This document shows, one piece after another, positions 9,014-17,595 of a stretch of DNA of 64,000 nt. A model generated the notes under the pieces. It searched no databases and had not been told where the DNA came from. It worked only from the letters and a program-made list of their open reading frames with translations. How positions within the stretch are numbered: position 1 is the stretch's first letter; every line of letters starts with the position of its first letter. The translations under genes and the position numbers were made by a program. The stretch lies in contig CBDEFM010000002.1 in the NCBI GenBank assembly GCA_965237415.1, positions 1,120,001-1,184,000 on the forward strand, given 5' to 3'. This DNA comes from Alphaproteobacteria bacterium. GTDB lineage: Bacteria > Pseudomonadota > Alphaproteobacteria > UBA828.

Positions 9014-9832
9014 TCATGGGAGTCCTCCGCCGAGCTCGCGTTGCATGGTCTGCCTGATCGGCCCGCCGCGCCGGATATCGTCGGTCACGACGGTCACGAT
9101 CAGGCCGCGCGGATCGAGGCGCACCTCGCGGCTTACCTCGCGCTGCGGCGTGCCGCGATTCTCGAAGGTGATCTCGACGGAAGGCGCCGCGAGGGTGGCC
9201 CCACGCGGGAGCACGGTTTCGCCCGCCTGAGCGATGATCGGCACTTCGTCCGGCCGCAAGCCGGCGATACCGCCGTCCGGCCGGAGGCCGGCAATACCGC
9301 CAGAGTGGAAGCGTGGCGCCAGCGCGAAGACGGCCGGCGGCACCGCGCGCCTCACGCCGCCGGGCTGGCCCGCGACGGCGCCGGCGTGACCAACGCCGGC
9401 TTGCAAGCGACCGAACACGGCCGAGCCGGGGGTCGCCCCGCCGCCGAGTGCGCCGAACAGCAGATCGGTGAGCGGTTGGGTGATGTAGCGCCGCGTCGCC
9501 AGCCGGGCGAGGTCCGCGATCACGGAATCGACGAAGCCCGAGAACGAGACCCTGCCCGTGGTCACGAAACGGGCAAGCGCCGACTCCATGGCACCGAAGA
9601 CGCTCTCGGCTGCGTCCCTGGCCTGGTCGAGGGTGCTCCCGCTCTCCCGACCGAGGGCGCCGAGCGCCGTCGTGAGCGCCTGAGCCGCGCCGGTCGCGCC
9701 CGTCAGCGCCGTGCCGGCCTCGTCACCCCGCCGCGCGGAATCGCCGAGGGAACGATTCAGCGCCCCGATTCCTTTGATCGCCTCGCGCATGTCCGCACGA
9801 ACGCGAAGCGCGAGTTCGAGATCAGCGGGCAT
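9014..9832 (-). CDS. Phage tail tape measure protein (unusually short, 272 aa)
   Basis: N-terminal LELALRVRAD; C-terminal FVTTGRVSF..FVDSVIADLARL and PRFHSGGIAGLRPDEVPII..GETVL; follows the chaperone genes. Confidence 0.85.
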   Translation of the reverse strand: MPADLELALRVRADMREAIKGIGALNRSLGDSARRGDEAGTALTGATGAAQALTTALGALGRESGSTLDQARDAAESVFGAMESALARFVTTGRVSFSGFVDSVIADLARLATRRYITQPLTDLLFGALGGGATPGSAVFGRLQAGVGHAGAVAGQPGGVRRAVPPAVFALAPRFHSGGIAGLRPDGGIAGLRPDEVPIIAQAGETVLPRGATLAAPSVEITFENRGTPQREVSREVRLDPRGLIVTVVTDDIRRGGPIRQTMQRELGGGLP

Positions 9833-9844
9833 CGCTCATCTCCC

Positions 9845-10030
9845 TCAGACTTGCTCGGTCGCCGCGCGGTAGAAGAGGACGATCTGCCGCCACGTCAGGC
9901 GCTCGCTGAGGTCGAGGTGGCCGCGTCCGTGGCCGGCACGGACGAGGGTGTCGAGCACCCGGTAGAGCGCAACGGGCTGGCCTTCTCGCCCTTCGCCCGC
10001 GTCGCCACCTGGGCCATGACGCGGCGCAAA
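9845..10030 (-). CDS. Tail chaperone GT extension, predicted to be expressed by -1 frameshift
   Basis: -1 frame relative to G, open across the T8 run at 10035-10028; LVRAGH...LTWRQIVLFYRAA resembles T-type extensions. Confidence 0.65.
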   Translation of the reverse strand, partial: FAPRHGPGGDAGEGREGQPVALYRVLDTLVRAGHGRGHLDLSERLTWRQIVLFYRAATEQV

Positions 10031-10431
10031 AAAAAGCCGCCGTTCGCCGCCCACATCGCCTCCGAGAGCGCGCGCCCGTCCGCATCGCTCAGGCGGGCAA
10101 GCCAGGCCGCGTCCCGGCCGCACGCCCGGGCGGCGAGCTCCAGCCAGAGCGACGCATGGGCAGCGAGCGCGCCTTCGATCGCCAGCGCGTCCGGCCCTTC
10201 TGCCTCTTTTCCGCGCGCGTCCCGCGCGACCTCAGCGTCCGTGCCGTCTTTGCCGGCCGGCACCAGGGCCGCGAGGGCAGCGAGCAATGGCCGCGCCAGC
10301 GCCGTCGCCTCCAGCCCTTCGCGAAAGCGGAACTCCCGCACGGTGAGCGTGACCGGCTCGCGGGTCTCGGGGTCGCGCACCGTCACGTCGCAGTCCGGGA
10401 ACAGGACCGAGAGCTCGTCGACCCCATCCAT
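9895..10431 (-). CDS. Tail assembly chaperone G (DUF6631-like)
   Basis: DELSVLFP...TVREFRFREGL...LSDADG..L...W.ANG.FF.RRV; between tube and tape measure. Confidence 0.78.
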   Translation of the reverse strand: MDGVDELSVLFPDCDVTVRDPETREPVTLTVREFRFREGLEATALARPLLAALAALVPAGKDGTDAEVARDARGKEAEGPDALAIEGALAAHASLWLELAARACGRDAAWLARLSDADGRALSEAMWAANGGFFLRRVMAQVATRAKGEKASPLRSTGCSTPSSVPATDAATSTSASA

Positions 10432-11321
10432 CAGGCGGCCTGCCCGTCGATGTAGAGCGCGGGCCGGCCGTCGCCCGGCTCCAGCATCGAGACGGCGAGC
10501 CGGATCTGCTGCTCGGACGAGCGACCGTCGAGAAGGGTCAACCCGCCGGCCGGTTGGATCGAACAGCGCGGTGCGTAGATATTTCGCCCCCGGCCCTCGG
10601 CTGCATCCTCGATGTAGCGAAAGCCGCCGATCACCTGCCGCAGCGCACCCTGCACCTGGTCGCGCGCGCCATCGTCAGGCGTGTAATCGAGGGCGACATC
10701 GGTGCCGGCCGCGACGCCGGCCTTCGCCGCGTAGAGTGGGTGATCGGGCGGCAGCCAATAGATGCGGGCGCGATCGTAGTCGACGATGTATTGCCCCTTC
10801 TGCTCGGTCTCGCCCGCGCCGGCCGCAAATTGCCCGGCGGCGATCGCTTGCGTTGTCGTCACCGGCGTTTGCGCCGTGGTGGAGATAGTCACGGCAGCGA
10901 TCGCGGCCGCCTTGTCGGCCGGTGATGCCAAACTGAGGACACCGGCGGGCCGGTCGACCCCACCCAGTTGATGCCAGCGGCCGGGCCTCAGGACGGCAGG
11001 CTCGCCAGAGACCGGTGCGGCCGCGTTGAGCCTTCTCATCTCGCCCACCGTGAAGAGCGCCAGGTTCTCCAGGCTGAGGTCGTGGAGCGTGAGCGTTACG
11101 GTGCGCGTCACACTGCGGGCAATGCGCGCAAGCTCGCGTGCGACAGGGCCCGAGCCCGAAAAGACGGTGGTCTCTTCGGTCGTGATCTCCAGGGCAGCGC
11201 CCACGGCGTCGCCGAGGTAGCGCTCGCCCGTGAACGCACCGCCTTCGTGGAGGTCGAGATAGACCTCGCCGGCGCCGATCACGATGTTGTCGGAGCGCTT
11301 GTCGATGTTTCGCGCGGTCAT
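10431..11321 (-). CDS. Major tail tube protein (non-contractile)
   Basis: IGAGEVY...ERYLG...LSLENLALF pattern; after the terminator; no sheath gene. Confidence 0.8.
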   Translation of the reverse strand: MTARNIDKRSDNIVIGAGEVYLDLHEGGAFTGERYLGDAVGAALEITTEETTVFSGSGPVARELARIARSVTRTVTLTLHDLSLENLALFTVGEMRRLNAAAPVSGEPAVLRPGRWHQLGGVDRPAGVLSLASPADKAAAIAAVTISTTAQTPVTTTQAIAAGQFAAGAGETEQKGQYIVDYDRARIYWLPPDHPLYAAKAGVAAGTDVALDYTPDDGARDQVQGALRQVIGGFRYIEDAAEGRGRNIYAPRCSIQPAGGLTLLDGRSSEQQIRLAVSMLEPGDGRPALYIDGQAA

Positions 11322-11333
11322 CTTGGTGTCTCC

Positions 11334-11810
11334 CTATTCCGTTTCCACGACGCCGGCGCGGGCGACGCGGCGGATTTCGTACTCGTCGAGCCATTGCATC
11401 CGCCCATCCTCCAGCGAAACGAGCCGCCCGCGGCGGAAGGACAGCACCTCGCGCTGCCCCGGCGGCGTCCAGCCGGCGAGCGCTTGCCTGGCGCGGGCGA
11501 GCAAGGCGGAGAGCCGCTCCCGCCCGCGCGCGCCGCCGCGGTCGTTGGGCGCCGCGACCATCACTGAGACGCCGACGCGCACGACATGTTGCACCGGCGC
11601 GTTCTCGACCCGGCGCGTCGTGCTCTCCTCCGCTTCGTCGGAGATCGGGAGCACCAGTGCTGCCGGCGTCTTGGGCCAGGCTGTCAGCGCCGCCGTATCG
11701 AGTGCGCTCAGCACGGCGGCGAAGACAGGGTCGCCACCGTCTGCCGTGAGCGCCGCGAGCCGCTCGGCCATGGCATCGGCGAGGTGCATCTCCAGCGCCA
11801 CGAGAGTCAT
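11334..11810 (-). CDS. Tail terminator (Mu gp37-like)
   Basis: TPAALVLP, ALAGWTP, GRL...W.DEY; ATGA overlap with the gpG remnant. Confidence 0.75.
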   Translation of the reverse strand: MTLVALEMHLADAMAERLAALTADGGDPVFAAVLSALDTAALTAWPKTPAALVLPISDEAEESTTRRVENAPVQHVVRVGVSVMVAAPNDRGGARGRERLSALLARARQALAGWTPPGQREVLSFRRGRLVSLEDGRMQWLDEYEIRRVARAGVVETE

Positions 11811-12031
11811 GGCCCCGCCCTTTCGAGCGCGCGCGCGACGATGCGCGCGATTGCATTGCGGTCGCGCTCGTCGATGCCGAGATAGGGACGCGCCGGGATC
11901 TTCGCCCGTCTGCCCTTGCCGGCGAGGTCACCGAACTGGTGGATGGCGGCGTAGACGACGTTCGATCCCACCTCGACCGCACGCCCACCGTCGGTGACCA
12001 TGTGCGCGATCGAGCCACGCAGCCGGCCGGT
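11807..12031 (-). pseudogene. C-terminal half of phage virion morphogenesis protein (Mu gpG-like)
   Basis: TGRLRGSI...VGSNVVYAAIHQFG...IPARPYLG; N-terminal half absent. Confidence 0.85.
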
Positions 12032-12992
12032 AGTCCACGCGCCTGGGCAGGCCCTCGATGAACCGTTCCAGAATGGCGGCGGGCCGCATCCGCACATCGC
12101 CGCCCGACGCCGACGCGAAAGCGATGGTGGCGTGTTCGCCTGCGGCGCCCTCGTCGGCGTTGCCTTGGTCGTCCCCGAGGGCGGCGAGCAGCGCGGTCAG
12201 CGCCGGCCGCTCCGCCGGCAGGATGCGACCCGCTTCGACATGGGGCGCAATCGCCGCGTCCGCAGCCCGCCGGCGGTCGTCGGCCGCGGCCGCGGCCTCC
12301 CGCGCGAGCAGCGCCGCTTCCCGCGCCGTGAGCGAGGCTTCGTGTTCGTTCGTGTCCCTCAGTCGCCGGTCGCAGGCTCCGGGCTGCTTCGCAGGCCGGC
12401 CCACCTTGCCTCCCACTTCATCGATGGCTTCAGGGACGCCGTCTTCCTCTCCGGCCTCTCCCCGCCCCTGAAGCGCGGAGAGCGGGACGAGGCTGTCGCC
12501 GTCTTCGTCCCCTCCCGGCCCCAGGGCGCGGAGAGAGTCGGGATGATCTGAGGGTGAGTCGTCCGGGGACACCGCCCCAGCATCGTCAGTAAATGCGACC
12601 ACCGTCTCGGGCGCGGACGCGAAGCGGGTCGGCACAAGCCCCGACACCGCCGGTGCTCGGCCGCCCAGGAATCCCACGTGGCGCAGCGTGTCGCCCTGCA
12701 GCGCGATCGAGCGGCCGGCGTAGCGCCCGGCCTCGACCGCCTCGCGGAAGGCCGGCGCGATATCGCGGAGCTTCGCCTGCAGCCGGTCGCCGACGCGGCG
12801 GAGCCCGTCGATCCAGGCGAAGGCCGGGGCGTCCGTCTCAGGATGGCCCACGACCACGGGCGCGGGGTCGGCGACGGCGTGCGCGTCGACGATCCGGTCG
12901 AGCCGGGCCTCGTCGATGGCAACGTCCCGGCCCGCCATGTCGCGCCAAGTGCCGGCGCGGCAGACGTCGATCCAGCCGTCGAGCGCGCTCAT
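11928..12992 (-). pseudogene. Mu-like prohead protease/scaffold, C-terminally truncated, with repeat-derived inserts
   Basis: WIDVCRAG.W, APVVVGHP, PAFAWI, GRY..RSI, LRHVGFLG..APAV.GL; after LPRRVDY it runs out of frame into gpG sequence. Confidence 0.82.
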
Positions 12993-13395
12993 CACGCGAC
13001 CCCTCGCGTGCGGAATCGAAGGAGCGCGCTCCTTTGCGTGTGGAATTGATGAGGCGCGCCCCGGATTGCCCCGGTGGCGCGTGGGGTCTGGGTCCCGTGG
13101 TAGGGAGGCGATGCAGCGGTCAGAGCATTCATGGCGCGGACAATGCCCTGCGCCGAACCCCCTGTGCACCGCACCATGGTCCGGGGCGATTTCTGACCGC
13201 TGCGGCTTAGCTATCCGCCTCTCGACCCGTCTCCTCTCCTAGAACTGAAGAGCTGGATTTGGATTAGCCATGAGCACGCACGTTAGGCCACGTGCATCGC
13301 AACTTCCCAATCAATAAGGCGGAGACACTCCCGCCCCGGCCTCATCCTAATCGCCCAACACCTCCCGAATACCGGGCGGCGCAAGCGACGCATCT

Positions 13396-13686
13396 TTACT
13401 TGGTTGCAGGCTCGCAAACGAGCCGGTTACGCCCGCGACGAAGCAGATAGCCACCCCGCGGGATCGCCAGCGTGCCTTCCCGGACGAGGGGCCAGAGCAT
13501 GTCGACGATGAGCGCGGCGGCGTGGTCCTCCTCTACCACCTCCTGCTTCGGTTGCGTGGAGAGCCACGCAGCGAACGCGCGCTCACCGATCTCGTCGCCC
13601 ACAGACTTGCGCAGTGTGTCGAGTTTGCGGCGTTGACCCCTGGTTAACGTGCTCTCGTCGATCTTGGACGCAGATCGTCCCGCCAT
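13396..13686 (-). CDS. Hypothetical protein (96 aa, basic)
   Basis: GGAGGTGA RBS before the ATG; plausible composition; family not recognised. Confidence 0.75.
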   Translation of the reverse strand: MAGRSASKIDESTLTRGQRRKLDTLRKSVGDEIGERAFAAWLSTQPKQEVVEEDHAAALIVDMLWPLVREGTLAIPRGGYLLRRGRNRLVCEPATK

Positions 13687-13923
13687 GATCTCACCTCCAT
13701 CGAATGCGTGAATTTCCTGAACTTACCGCCATATAGCAGACTTATCGCTGAATGAAATCAGCAGATGTATCGATACGCATTATAGGCATACCAATCAATT
13801 TTGGGGGTATATTCTGCGGGCGTGAAACTGTGAGAAAGATGACGATTTCGACGCGGCGATTCCTTCGTCTCACTAGTGATATTCCTACTGAGTGATGCAG
13901 GGAAAATGCCTTCTGATGTGCCG

Positions 13924-14709
13924 CTATTGCGCTGTCCACCCGCCATCGATCAACAGGCTTGCACCCGTGATCAGGCTGGCTGCGTCGCTTGCAAGAAAAA
14001 CAATGGCGCCCATCACGTCGGGAAGTTCGCCGAGGCGGCCGAGCGCGATCCGGCTCAGCGTGTCGTCTTTGAAGGCAGGATCTTCGAGAAACGGCACGGT
14101 CATCGGCGTGGAAATAAAGGTCGGACCAATTGCGTTGACCCGGATGTTATACGGCGCAAGATCCATCGCCATCGCCTTGGTCATGCCTTCGATCGCGTGC
14201 TTGGTGGTGCAGTAGACCGTGCGCCTGGGCCCGCCGACGTGGCCCATTTGCGAGGACATGTTGATGATGACGCCGCCCCTCTTTGCCGCGACCATCTCCC
14301 GTGCGACCGCCTGGGCGCAGAAATAGGCACCGCGCACGTTGATGCCCATGACAGCATCGAAGTCCTCCACCGTCACGTCCAACAACGCAGCGGGACGGTT
14401 GCCGCCGGCATTATTGATGAGGATATCGACCGGTCCGAGTTCCGCGAGGGCCGCTGCGGCTCGTTCCACATCGGCGACGTCGAGAGGGAGGATCGCCGCA
14501 GCGCCGCCTGCCGCCTCGATTTCACTCGCGACCTGCGCCAGGGCCCCGCGTCCCCGCGCCGCGAGCACCACGTGGGCACCCGCCTCCGCGAGCGCAGCTG
14601 CAGAAGCACGACCAAGGCCGCGACTCGCGCCGGTGACGAGCGCCCGCTTGCCGTCGAGACGGAAGGAGGGCGTCTTGGGCAGCGCGTCCTCGACGGGGAG
14701 ATCAGGCAA
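13924..14709 (-). CDS. SDR family oxidoreductase
   Basis: [17 protein letters not shown]; TTG start overlapping the upstream stop is inferred. Confidence 0.92.
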   Translation of the reverse strand: MPDLPVEDALPKTPSFRLDGKRALVTGASRGLGRASAAALAEAGAHVVLAARGRGALAQVASEIEAAGGAAAILPLDVADVERAAAALAELGPVDILINNAGGNRPAALLDVTVEDFDAVMGINVRGAYFCAQAVAREMVAAKRGGVIINMSSQMGHVGGPRRTVYCTTKHAIEGMTKAMAMDLAPYNIRVNAIGPTFISTPMTVPFLEDPAFKDDTLSRIALGRLGELPDVMGAIVFLASDAASLITGASLLIDGGWTAQ

Positions 14710-15991
14710 GATTCCGCCCGCCGTAGCGGCGCACGCGGATGTCGGCCTGCTCCTTGTGCCCGGCGAAGCCCTCCAGCGCACAGAGCCTGGAGCAGTATTC
14801 GCCAACCATGGCAGACGCCTCGTCGGTCAGCACCCGCTGGTAGGTGCAGGTCTTGAGGAACATGCCGACCCAGAGACCGCCGGTGTAGCGCGCGGCCTTG
14901 CGTGTCGGCAGCGTGTGGTTGGTGCCGATCACCTTGTCGCCGTAGGAAACGTTGGTGCGGGGCCCGAGGAAGAGCGCGCCGTAGTTGGTCATGCGCTCGA
15001 GGAACCAGTCGGGGTCTTCGGTCATCACCTGCACGTGCTCGGCGGCGATCTCGTCCGCAACGGCCACCATCTCGTCGAGGGTGTCGCAGACGATCACCTG
15101 GCCGTAGTCGCGCCAGGCCTGCCCCGCGATCTCCGCGGTCGGCAGGATGCCGAGCTGGCGGTCGACCTCGGCCATCGTCTGCCGGGCGAGGCTCTCGGAG
15201 TTGGTCAGCAGGGTCGCCGGCGAGGTCGGCCCGTGCTCGGCCTGGCCGAGCAGGTCGGCGGCGCAGAGCTCGCCGTCCACGGTCTCGTCGGCGATCACCA
15301 GAGTTTCGGTGGGCCCGGCCAGCAGGTCGATGCCGACGCGGCCGAAAAGCTGGCGCTTGGCCTCCGCCACGAAGGCGTTGCCGGGGCCGACCAGCATGTC
15401 GACCGGTGCGATGCTTCCGGTACCCAAAGCCATCGCGCCCACCGCCTGAATGCCGCCCAGCACGTAGATCTCGTCGGCGCCCGCGAGATGTTGCGCGGCG
15501 ACGATGGCGGGCGCGGGTCTGCCCTCGAAGGGCGGCGCGCAGGTCGCGATGCGCGCGACGCCCGCCACCTTCGCCGTCACCACCGACATGTGGGCGGACG
15601 CCAGCAGCGGATACTTTCCGCCCGGCACGTAGCAACCGACCGCGTTGACCGGGATGTTCTTGTGGCCCAGCACCACGCCCGGCAGAGTCTCGACCTCGAC
15701 GTCCTGAAGCGCATCGCGTTGGATTTGCGCGAAGTTCCGAATTTGCTCCTGTGCGAACAGGATATCGTCCCTGTCCTGCCCGGTGAGAGCGCCGAGGCAG
15801 GCCTCGATCTCGTCCTCGCCGAGCCGAAAGTCCTCGCGCTCCCAGCGATCGAACTTGATCGACATCTCGCGCACGGCGGCGTCGCCCCGGCGCGCGATAT
15901 CGTCCAACGCGTCTTCCACGACGCGGCGGACCTTCGCGTCCGCCTCCGCGGCCTCGGCATCGCTGATGCCGGTCTTCAGGTATCGAGGCAT
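14702..15991 (-). CDS. Histidinol dehydrogenase-family paralogue (HisD/HpsN-related)
   Basis: [34 protein letters not shown]; no other his genes nearby. Confidence 0.88.
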   Translation of the reverse strand: MPRYLKTGISDAEAAEADAKVRRVVEDALDDIARRGDAAVREMSIKFDRWEREDFRLGEDEIEACLGALTGQDRDDILFAQEQIRNFAQIQRDALQDVEVETLPGVVLGHKNIPVNAVGCYVPGGKYPLLASAHMSVVTAKVAGVARIATCAPPFEGRPAPAIVAAQHLAGADEIYVLGGIQAVGAMALGTGSIAPVDMLVGPGNAFVAEAKRQLFGRVGIDLLAGPTETLVIADETVDGELCAADLLGQAEHGPTSPATLLTNSESLARQTMAEVDRQLGILPTAEIAGQAWRDYGQVIVCDTLDEMVAVADEIAAEHVQVMTEDPDWFLERMTNYGALFLGPRTNVSYGDKVIGTNHTLPTRKAARYTGGLWVGMFLKTCTYQRVLTDEASAMVGEYCSRLCALEGFAGHKEQADIRVRRYGGRNLA

Positions 15992-16060
15992 CGGAACTCC
16001 TGCATTCTATTGGCACCTCGGGGTGCGAGACCGCGTGCGCGGCCGGATAGCGCTCCGGGC

Positions 16061-16345
16061 TCAGGTCCCAACGGTGACTCCCCGCCAGAAAGCGACGTGG
16101 TCCCGGATGTTTTCGGCCGCAGGCTTCGGGTCGGGGTAATACCACGCGGCATCCGCATTGCGCGCGCCTTCGACCTCGATCGAATAATAGTGAGCCGTGC
16201 CTTTCCAGCCGCAAACGGTGGTCGTTGGGCCCCGCGTGAGGAACGCCAGGTTCACGGTACCTGGCGGGAAATAGACGTTGCCCTCGACAGTTTCGTAACG
16301 GTCGGACTCAGCGATGACCTGCCCCTGCCAGAGTGCACGCGCCAT
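16061..16345 (-). CDS. DUF427 family protein
   Basis: VIAES..., VEGNVYFP, C.WKG.AHYY, DAAWYYP.P. Confidence 0.9.
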   Translation of the reverse strand: MARALWQGQVIAESDRYETVEGNVYFPPGTVNLAFLTRGPTTTVCGWKGTAHYYSIEVEGARNADAAWYYPDPKPAAENIRDHVAFWRGVTVGT

Positions 16346-16467
16346 GGCTCAGTCTCCCTGGAATCGCTCGCCGAAATGGCAGTCTATCGCGCAGCGCGTC
16401 GATCGGAAGGGTTGCCAATCGGCAAGACCGGCGGGATTTCGCCGTCCCCTTCCCGCCCGCCGCTCGT

Positions 16468-16905
16468 TTACGCGTGCGGCACCCACTTGATGATGTGCTG
16501 CGCCACGGCCACGGTCTCGCCCCGCTGGTTGACGACTTCGATATCGGACAATGCGCGGCGGCGCGTCTCGTCGATCTGGGCTACCGTGTAGGTCACGCTC
16601 ACCGTGTCGTTGATATAGACCGGGGCGGTGAAGCGGATGCGGTCGTAACCGAGCGAGACGGGGGTTTCGTCGCTTTCCCGCTCGGCGCAGCGGGCGATCA
16701 TCATGGTCGACGTGGTCGACATGAAGCCGACCAGCAGGGCGCCGTGAGCGATGCGGTGCCCATAGGCTGACGTCGACATGTACTGCTCGTTCACGTGAAG
16801 TCCGTTCAAATCGCCGGTGATGCCCGCGAACAGGTAAATGTCGCTTTCGCCAACGGTCTTGGAAAACGTCACCTGCTCGCCGACGCTCACATGGAAGTCG
16901 GACAT
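16468..16905 (-). CDS. MaoC family dehydratase
   Basis: FAGITGDLN.LH, RIAHG, FTAPVYIND. Confidence 0.9.
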   Translation of the reverse strand: MSDFHVSVGEQVTFSKTVGESDIYLFAGITGDLNGLHVNEQYMSTSAYGHRIAHGALLVGFMSTTSTMMIARCAERESDETPVSLGYDRIRFTAPVYINDTVSVTYTVAQIDETRRRALSDIEVVNQRGETVAVAQHIIKWVPHA

Positions 16906-16971
16906 CCTTCGCCCCCGGATGCGTCTAGTGATCTTTGCTCAGGCTCCGCAGGGACCCGTGGGCACCCGTGG

Positions 16972-17568
16972 TCAGAAGCCGGCGGACTGGCCCCAGCGGT
17001 CGGAGAAGACGAACTCGCCGAACGGGCGCCGCGTCCGCGCCTCAAGCTCCATCTCACGGAGTTCGTCGGGAAGGGTGCCCGGGTCCCCGGCATAGCCGAC
17101 GGCGATCCCCGTTACGGGATCGAAGCCCTCCGGCACGCCATAGGTCTCCCGGATTTTTTCCGCTTCGATGCCCGCCATCTGGTGGGTGGCGTACCCGAGC
17201 TCCGTGGCCTGCAAGACGAGCTGGCAGGCGGCGAGTCCGATATCGTGGACGGCACAACTGTTGGGCGAGTCGTTGTGGTCGAACGTGCGCTTGGTCACGG
17301 TAAGGATGAGCAGCGACGCGTTCCGCGCCCACACCTGATTTCCGGGCACCAGGCAATCGAGCAACTGCGCGAAGCGTTCTTCATCGTCCCTGGTCGCGAC
17401 CAGGAAGCGCCAGGGCTGCTGGTTGAAGCTCGACGCCGCCCAGCGCGCGGCCTCCAGCAGCGTAAGAATGTCCGCGCGGGGCATCGGGCGCGGCGTGAAT
17501 GCGCGCGGGCTCCAGCGTCGCTTCATCATTTCGTGGATCGGGTGATCGGCCAGCGCCGGCTTTTCCAT
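16972..17568 (-). CDS. Nitroreductase family protein
   Basis: RRWSPRAF, AARWAASSFNQQPWRF, HQMAG. Confidence 0.92.
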   Translation of the reverse strand: MEKPALADHPIHEMMKRRWSPRAFTPRPMPRADILTLLEAARWAASSFNQQPWRFLVATRDDEERFAQLLDCLVPGNQVWARNASLLILTVTKRTFDHNDSPNSCAVHDIGLAACQLVLQATELGYATHQMAGIEAEKIRETYGVPEGFDPVTGIAVGYAGDPGTLPDELREMELEARTRRPFGEFVFSDRWGQSAGF

Positions 17569-17595
17569 GTCCTCACTCTCCCGCGTCGATAACGA

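Larger units (their letters stand above)
797..12992 (-). mobile_element. Defective Mu-like siphoviral prophage / headless non-contractile tail gene cluster
   Basis: Co-oriented protease, gpG fragment, terminator, tube, chaperone, TMP, Dit, DUF1833, NlpC, J and collar-fibre genes; no sheath, capsid, portal or terminase. Confidence 0.88.

Noticed and set aside
973-12992. Contractile injection system, R-type tailocin or RcGTA-like gene transfer agent
   Set aside because: No sheath or baseplate wedge genes; a GTA needs terminase, portal and capsid, which are not seen here
14339-16591. Long alternative-frame or antisense ORFs (also 17647-19560, 32731-34713, 51658-53655, 55395-57635)
   Set aside because: Shadows of real genes caused by high-GC codon bias
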